From positions 32,001 through 96,000 of the IMG/VR virus record IMGVR_UViG_3300005714_000005: 64,000 bases of DNA. One strand, given 5' to 3'. This DNA comes from a virus (Duplodnaviria > Caudoviricetes). Position numbers and translations under genes: made by a program. Every line of letters starts with the position of its first letter. Position 1 is the stretch's first letter. The notes below the pieces were generated by a model that made no database searches, was not told the DNA's origin, and worked only from the letters and a program-made list of their open reading frames with translations. Shown here in pieces: positions 57,702 through 64,000 of this stretch.

Positions 57702-58764
57702 CGTTTATACCCCCTCTTTCGAGGTACTTTAACACTAATTTAATAGTGGGACTAGACTATATCTTCTTATGTGCTTATTAATTATAATATACTTTAGCAA
57801 ATACCCATTTATAACCCCATACTGTTTTTCGTTTGCCTAAACAACAATGTGAGATTGCTCCATTATCTCTCTTTCCTAACTCCTTATAGGCTTCAGTTAT
57901 TAGAGGATAATGTTTAATAAAATTACCTTCTAAGTCAAGTTGAACGCAACCATCTGAACATAACCATTTATCATAAACGTCTTTAACAGGTTCATTATCA
58001 ATGTCAACTCTTCTCCATTGATATTCATAATGAACACCACCATCAAAGACTAATTTATTATTATATTGATTTTCTCTTATTCCTAGTTGTCTCATGGCTT
58101 CGCTTATTGAAATATATCTGCCTATGTATTGACCTCTTAGATCATAAACATCAACTTCTTTTTGATGTGAGCATAGTTTATTATCCATAGCATGACGCAT
58201 ATTTTCTTCAGCAGTACACCACTCAAGGTTGGTTACACAATTGTTTTTCTTATTGCCATCTATGTGATTTACATAGCGTTTATTATCTTTATTTTCAATA
58301 AAATATTCTGCCACTAAACGATGGGCGTATAGATAATATTTATTTGAATCACACGCTATACAATATTGACAATAATCTGATTTCTTATTAACTTTTGGTG
58401 TTAATACACCTTGTGTTTTCCAATGTAGTTTGTCAACTCGTCTACATCTTCCCAAAGAAGAAATTTCATATAAGGTTTCTTTGCTTTCAATATAAATTCT
58501 TTTCCACTCTTCCAATTTATTTTCCTTTCCTAAACACATAAGTTGTGGCACTTCCAAACAAGGACTTTCACCTTGAATGTACTCTCTTCCGAGATAGTCG
58601 TTGCACGTTTCTGTCAATAACAGACTTCGCACAGGATTACCATATCATTTCTGACTTAGGCTTCCCCTGTTAGCTCATTAATTCATCATCATTTCCTATG
58701 ATTACTCAGTCGTTTAATGAACACCCTATATTTATAGGTTCACCACAAATGGGCTATTTGCTTA
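57702..58764 (-). mobile_element. Group I intron 2 in dnaE
   Basis: P1 GGGU/GCCC; GCAACGACTA upstream and AAGATATAGTCT downstream of the ORF; terminal G. Confidence 0.9.
57778..58515 (-). CDS. Intron-encoded HNH endonuclease with NUMOD1-like repeats
   Basis: EEWKRI...YEISSLGR; HRLVA...VNHIDGNKKNN; likely TTG start at 58515. Confidence 0.85.
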   Translation of the reverse strand: MEEWKRIYIESKETLYEISSLGRCRRVDKLHWKTQGVLTPKVNKKSDYCQYCIACDSNKYYLYAHRLVAEYFIENKDNKRYVNHIDGNKKNNCVTNLEWCTAEENMRHAMDNKLCSHQKEVDVYDLRGQYIGRYISISEAMRQLGIRENQYNNKLVFDGGVHYEYQWRRVDIDNEPVKDVYDKWLCSDGCVQLDLEGNFIKHYPLITEAYKELGKRDNGAISHCCLGKRKTVWGYKWVFAKVYYN

Positions 58765-60000
58765 ACCCCTCTTGCATCTTAATTTGAACATTCATTACAT
58801 AATCTAGCAATACTTTTCGATTTCCTAAAGCTAGACCACATTTATAATATTCTTCCTTAGACTTCTTGATTTTGGCTTTATCTTTTTTACTGATTGCCTT
58901 ACGTAAAGAGTTGGCTTGAGGAATTGTAAAACCTGCTACACGTTTATCCATACATAGCAACATCATACCCTCTTGATTAGATAAAGTACCACAATCGTAA
59001 TCCAAGTGTTCGTGCATAGCTTGGCGTTCTTCTTCATTAAGTCCATAGTCAATCATTTCTTGTTCCCATTGCTCAGGATTTTCACGTAAACGAATGTAGC
59101 GTTCAGCAGGTTGTTCGCCATCTTCTGCAACAAGTCGCATTAGTGAATTGGTATTGGCAAGTTCGACTAGAGAACGTGGCTTGATTGTTTGTAGGGTTTT
59201 CATACCGATAGGTGTCTCGTATTGAAATGCTTTAAGTAATTGTCCACTACCTAAAATGTCATATAATCTACTATCTTCAAAATCCATAACATTAGGGTGA
59301 ATGTTATGACGATAGGTTTCTTTTAAACTACCTTTATCTTCCATATGCCCATATTCAACCAATAATTCCAATGTATTCTGAATCATTGAAGCACCTTCAG
59401 TCTTGAGGAAATCCAGTTTAATCCCACCACAAGCCTCGACATCCTCTAACGCATATTGAGTAGTGATAGCACCATTTTTTGAAGTCATTAGGGCGGTACA
59501 ATCTATAATATCCATATGAGGAACAACTCCACCTGGATGAACTCCACGACCGTTAATTAATCCCTCGATACCCTTGATTGCTTCATATAGACCTTCATAC
59601 TTATCTATCTCTCTGACAAACTCTTTAATAGGTTCATATTCCAATTCTTCATTACCAAACACAACATTTTGCAATGAGCGTACTGTACCTCGGTCAGTAG
59701 GTATTAGACTTGATAAATACATACCAATATCGCTACCAATTTCTAAACCACGACAAGCAGTTTGAATGGCAGACTTTAAGGTTTCTGTTTTGTAAGTACC
59801 TACATGAACTAACTCACCACCAATGCTTTGCATATATTTACGACATTCATCAAATACAATTTCTGCCCTACTTGAATTAATATCTATATCTATATCGGCA
59901 ATTTCAATTTTATTCTTTTCAATGAAACGCCAATGTTCTAATGGTAAAGGTTGCTTCAATGGATTGATTTGCACGATTTCTAAGAGATAATTTAGAATAA
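58765..60000 (-). CDS. dnaE: DNA polymerase III alpha subunit, exon 2
   Basis: ADIDID catalytic motif, GVHPGG, KLDFL, FQYE, NQE. Confidence 0.9.
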
Positions 60001-61081
60001 CAAGTCACCCCAAAGTTTCCTTTGGGCTTGGACTATCTCTTCAACACAGATGTGTTGTCTTGCGCTTCGAGGTGTGGTTAATTCACCCCTACTCTACTCA
60101 CTCACAAGAGCTTTCGATAGTCTCTACATTACTTTTCTATCTTCCATCTGTAGCCATATCTAACTTGGTTTGATTGTATCCCTTGTCTTATTGAAGTAAC
60201 AAATATTTTATAAGTTGTGGTTGTCAAACCTCTTTTAATACAATGGTCATAAGCTTCTTTTCTGTTGTTAAATATTAAACATTCACTAGCATTTTCAGCA
60301 ATAATAGTAACTTGTTCTATTTTCGCCTCAGACAAATTCTTTTTATGTTCTTCAGATTTGGGTTTATTGGTCAGAGATTTGGCAATATTTTGTTTCCATT
60401 CTTCAGTTCTTTCAACTGATTTCATTTTCTCTATGGTTTCTTGCTTATGCTTACTTCCAGTTCTTCTTTCTATGTGAAGTTTTTTCCGCTCCTCTGTCCA
60501 TTTAACTCCCATGTTTTTCTTAACTGCACTTAATTTAGCCCTTTGCTCAGGCGTTCTTCTCTTGCCTTTGTTTGCCTGTGAAATCTTTTGCTTAATATCT
60601 TCTGACAATTTATAGCCCTCTCCACCAGGAGTCATATTATAATGCTCTTGGCTTAAATATGTATTGTATTTGGCAATATAGTATATTTCTCTTTCTGAAG
60701 CTTCTTCCTCGGAAAGCCCTTCTTCTAATATCTCCCACTTGAAAGCCTCTTCAGGATATTTTCGCAAAGCACGACAGAAAGCCGATTGCCGCCCTCTCTT
60801 GCTATCTATATAATGTTTTCTCCTTCTCTCTTTTAGAGTTTGACTTGTCTTACCAATATACATATGCCCATTTATTTTATTAACAACTAGATAAACTAAA
60901 CTCATGTTTTCCTCCTTTTCTTATAAAGGAAGATAGAAAAATAACACGGTATTACCACTATCCTTTTTAAGGACTTAGGCTCTCTTACCAGACAATTTAC
61001 GTCTATGACCGTTAGCAACTCTTTTGAGTTACACCACAGAACCACTGTGTTCACAAGATTTATACTGAGCCTATAACCTTA
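60001..61081 (-). mobile_element. Group I intron 1 in dnaE
   Basis: P1 CUGGGU/GCUCAG; GTAGAGACTA and GAGATAGTCC core; junction restores RGSAAGFILNYLL. Confidence 0.9.
60129..60905 (-). CDS. Intron-encoded GIY-YIG endonuclease with NUMOD3 repeats
   Basis: VYLVVNKINGHMYIGKT; YNMTPGGEG; KSEEHKKNLSEA. Confidence 0.9.
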   Translation of the reverse strand: MSLVYLVVNKINGHMYIGKTSQTLKERRRKHYIDSKRGRQSAFCRALRKYPEEAFKWEILEEGLSEEEASEREIYYIAKYNTYLSQEHYNMTPGGEGYKLSEDIKQKISQANKGKRRTPEQRAKLSAVKKNMGVKWTEERKKLHIERRTGSKHKQETIEKMKSVERTEEWKQNIAKSLTNKPKSEEHKKNLSEAKIEQVTIIAENASECLIFNNRKEAYDHCIKRGLTTTTYKIFVTSIRQGIQSNQVRYGYRWKIEK

Positions 61082-62435
61082 ACCCAGCTGCTGAACCACG
61101 AGAAATAGCAAGAATTGAATTAGCATCATTCCAAATAATATCAATAAACTTATTCATAAGAATGAAGTATGCAGACATATTCAGATTACCAAATTTGGCA
61201 ATACCCAATATTTCTTCAAATTCCATGTTGACACGTTTGAACGTTTCCCACCATTCTTTTTTATCTGAAATCAAGAATGTATCACTCGCTCCTTGCATAG
61301 CTAATGACATCAAATAACCGTCATATAGATTTTCACTCTCCCAAGCATCTAAGCATAATGAGAAATCCATTTCATTGTCATAGAGCATGTCCAATATTTC
61401 TTCATTCTTAAACCACTCTCCTTCAGGCGGTAAAGGAATTTCACATACTTGCTGTGGTTTACGAATATCATATGTAGTAATTGACTCTTTGATTTTCCAT
61501 GTATTCATGATACATTCATCAACAAACTCTGCACCCAAATAGAAATCCAAGTGTTTATGTATTTCTTCTGAACTCATGTGATAGGTTGTTTCATAGAAAT
61601 CATCACGCTCACGAGCATTAGACTTTTCCTCATTCTTATCGGCAGTTAAGAAGATACTATGTAACCATTTATATTCTGCACTTAGGAAGTGAGCATCAGT
61701 TGCAATTGTAGCTTGAACACCTCTATCACGAATCCAAGTGTTGACTACTTCTTGCTCAGTAATGATTTCTTCACCATTTTCGTCATATTTGCGTAAATGA
61801 GGTTGCATTTCTAAATAGAAATTCTCTTTACCAAATACACCTTGACACCAATAAATAAAATCATTTACTTTATCATATTCTTCTGCTAAAATATGCTTGG
61901 CAGTAAATCCACCTAAACAACTTGAAGTAGCTACCAAATGACCAGGATTACTACCAACAATTTCTTCAAGGTCTGAGTAGTAAGTGGGTTTTCGTTCAAC
62001 ACCTTTCCAAGTAAAGATACGTGACCAAGCACGAGTTGACAATTCTTTTAATTGTCTATGCCCAATTTCATCCTTTGCTAACAAGATAAAGTGGTAGAAA
62101 GTTACTCGCTCTTTATTCGCCATGCGTTGGTATATATCTTCATCAACAAGATAGATTTCATTACCTAAAATCAACTTGAAGTCTTGAGGAATATCTCCAT
62201 TCTTTTTAAGTTTCTCCCATGCTTGAATTGCTTTTACATGACCACCTACTGACTCATGATCTGTAAAGGCAACTGCTTTCTGACCTAGACTAGCTACATA
62301 TTTCATAACTTTCTCTGCCTTGTTAATACTATCTCGGAAACCAATAATATTGCTATAGTCAGTATGTGAGTGTAGGTTTACAAAATAATCTACCAATGCT
62401 TCGAGGTAGGTTGTAAAACAGTCTTTATTGTTCAA
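61082..62435 (-). CDS. dnaE: DNA polymerase III alpha subunit, exon 1 (PHP domain)
   Basis: LHSHTDYS, AFTDH, GNEIY, HFILLAK, TDAHF, AYF, RGSAAG; spliced CDS 4158 nt (1385 aa). Confidence 0.9.
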
Positions 62436-62469
62436 CTCAACTCATCTCCTCTCTTTAACTTACAATATT

Positions 62470-62498
62470 ATTATATACTCGAGGTTTACAAAAGTCAA
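62470..62498 (-). promoter_or_regulatory. SigmaA-type early promoter (dnaE)
   Basis: TTGACT-N17-TATAAT. Confidence 0.8.
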
Positions 62499-62580
62499 CT
62501 AGATTTTTATCAAAAACAAATAAAATTTAATTTTATGTGAATAAATATAGAAATGTTTGCATATAATAAATGAGCATAAG

Positions 62581-62603
62581 AAAAGAGAGGGCTACGCCTC
62601 TCT
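62581..62603 (-). terminator. Intrinsic terminator after recJ
   Basis: AGAGAGG/CCTCTCT stem, T run on - strand. Confidence 0.65.
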
Positions 62604-63156
62604 ACTTAACTCCAAATTTTCGTCTACGTCTACCACTATCTGCATTAATAGGTCGTGTGACAAACTCTTTAATGCTTACTTGTGGGTAGTTTTTACCATT
62701 AAATTCATTAACCTCAAATGTACCAATGACAGTTACTTCAATCTTTTTATTACCTACACTATCAGTACCTAATCCACGAGTTTGTTTACTATTCTCACAT
62801 ACAAATTCCTTATAAACATCGGCAGAAGTGAATGGTCGTACAAAGGTGATTTCCTCACCATTGACATTAGTTGTAAATTTCATCATGGTTTGAGTCTTAC
62901 CCAATCGTTGCACATCGGCAGTTTCAATTTCAATATTCTTAATAACAAAGATAGGTTTCTCCATACCTTTGCCACCAAAGATAGACATAACTTTACCAAC
63001 TCGCTCAATATGTCGATTTTTAAGTTTAGTAACATCAATCTCCATGTCAACATGATATACAGGTGTTAAATCTTGCCCTTCTAATTGAGCATTACACCAC
63101 TCTTGAAGTTGAGTTGCATTATTTCTATCAAATGTGATCCCAAATGCTCCTTGATG
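62602..63156 (-). CDS. recJ: RecJ-like ssDNA exonuclease, last exon
   Basis: Exon begins HQGAFGI (DHHA1 GH..A.G motif); FGGKGMEKP.F; EVNEFNG...PQV.I OB fold; 555 nt in frame to stop. Confidence 0.75.
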   Translation of the reverse strand, partial: HQGAFGITFDRNNATQLQEWCNAQLEGQDLTPVYHVDMEIDVTKLKNRHIERVGKVMSIFGGKGMEKPIFVIKNIEIETADVQRLGKTQTMMKFTTNVNGEEITFVRPFTSADVYKEFVCENSKQTRGLGTDSVGNKKIEVTVIGTFEVNEFNGKNYPQVSIKEFVTRPINADSGRRRRKFGVK

Positions 63157-64000
63157 CGTGTGAATCCTATGTTTCCATAGGCACAGACTATCTCTTAATC
63201 ATCTCAAAGATGACCACACCCTTTTCGAGCAACGTGTGAATAGTTACCCTACTTCGCTACTAAGCGAATAGTCGTTACAGGTTATTAAAACTTTATACTA
63301 TCTACTTTTGTTTTCTAATAGGATAATCATACCCCTCTATTCTTGACCAATCACGTCTTCCATAGTTAATATTGTCAAGCATGGCTCTTGTTAAACCATG
63401 CTTAATTTTAATATCACCCAATGTCAACTCTGACGTAAGCAAATCAATTACGATTTCCTCTATTTTAGCTTGTGTAGGTCTTTTGGATAGAGGTTTAGTT
63501 TCTTTTCGCAAAGGGTATACTTCATTTTCATCGCAATGATGTTTTCCTATGTTAATCATCGTTATGGACGACCTAGACACCCCATACTTCTTAGAAAGTT
63601 CTTTCTGAGTTAGATTTGTTTCTTTTAAGTCCTTTTTGATTAATTGTACCAACTCTTTATCAAGGTCTTTGTCTTTTACTCTTAATGGATAATTATACTC
63701 TTCTATTTTGTGATTTCTTCCTACTCTACAATCATCTATATAATTCATCTTTACTTCGCACATCTCGGCTATTTCTTCTTCTGCAAAAGTAGTCCAATAA
63801 AGTAAATCTGACACCATGAGAAATGTTGATTTCGGATAGTGTAAAAACTCCGTTCTTGGTGGCTCTTCTCCTCCTTTTGTGGAGTTGTATCCATTTCTAA
63901 AAGTGTCATAGAACTCAATAAAATAAATCTCCATCTCACAATAATTCTCATACTCTCCAAGAGATTCCGTTATAAAGTTTTCCATTCCATATTTTACAAT
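63157..64000 (-). mobile_element. Group I intron in recJ (5' end outside window)
   Basis: GTAACGACTA and GAGATAGTCT core elements, P9 hairpin, terminal G at 63157. Confidence 0.8.
63302..64000 (-). CDS. Intron-encoded GIY-YIG endonuclease (C-terminal part) with repeated HTH-like domains
   Basis: KYGMENF...E.YFI...GYNSTKGGE; three repeats ending YPLR/YPIR. Confidence 0.75.
   Translation of the reverse strand: MVKYGMENFITESLGEYENYCEMEIYFIEFYDTFRNGYNSTKGGEEPPRTEFLHYPKSTFLMVSDLLYWTTFAEEEIAEMCEVKMNYIDDCRVGRNHKIEEYNYPLRVKDKDLDKELVQLIKKDLKETNLTQKELSKKYGVSRSSITMINIGKHHCDENEVYPLRKETKPLSKRPTQAKIEEIVIDLLTSELTLGDIKIKHGLTRAMLDNINYGRRDWSRIEGYDYPIRKQK

Noticed and set aside
1-64000. Short opposite-strand or nested ORFs in the ORF track; alternative genetic code
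   Set aside because: They shadow long genes and lack SD sequences or motifs. The standard code gives dense coding, and all split genes are explained by introns or one frameshift.

Overview
A 64-kb segment of a large, AT-rich tailed dsDNA phage (siphovirus-type, SPbeta/c-st-like organisation) of a low-GC Bacillota host. The + strand (1-40035) is the late arm: terminase C-terminus, portal, protease/scaffold, capsid, neck and tail genes, a 2125-aa tape measure, a ~17-kb tail-tip/accessory fibre cluster that includes a virion-type GH33 exo-sialidase, and the lysis genes. The - strand (40089-64000) is the early/replication arm: dUTPase, thymidine kinase, sigma factor, NrdD/NrdG, DNA methyltransferase, frameshifted RecD2, LemA, ClpP-like protease, DnaE and RecJ. 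Five group I introns with homing endonucleases split terL, nrdD, dnaE (twice) and recJ; exon junctions were reconstructed by eye and restore the reading frames and conserved motifs. The most interesting signals are: (i) a sialidase + lectin-like + esterase tail cassette whose proteins appear to be daisy-chained by matching C-/N-terminal peptides; (ii) a candidate ~145-nt antisense sRNA with an anti-SD tract just upstream of that cassette; (iii) a two-state RNA switch over the tape-measure RBS; (iv) a palindromic operator regulon on the early promoters, plus sigmaF/G-like promoters firing against replication genes. All functional calls are from motif recognition only; no database searches were run.
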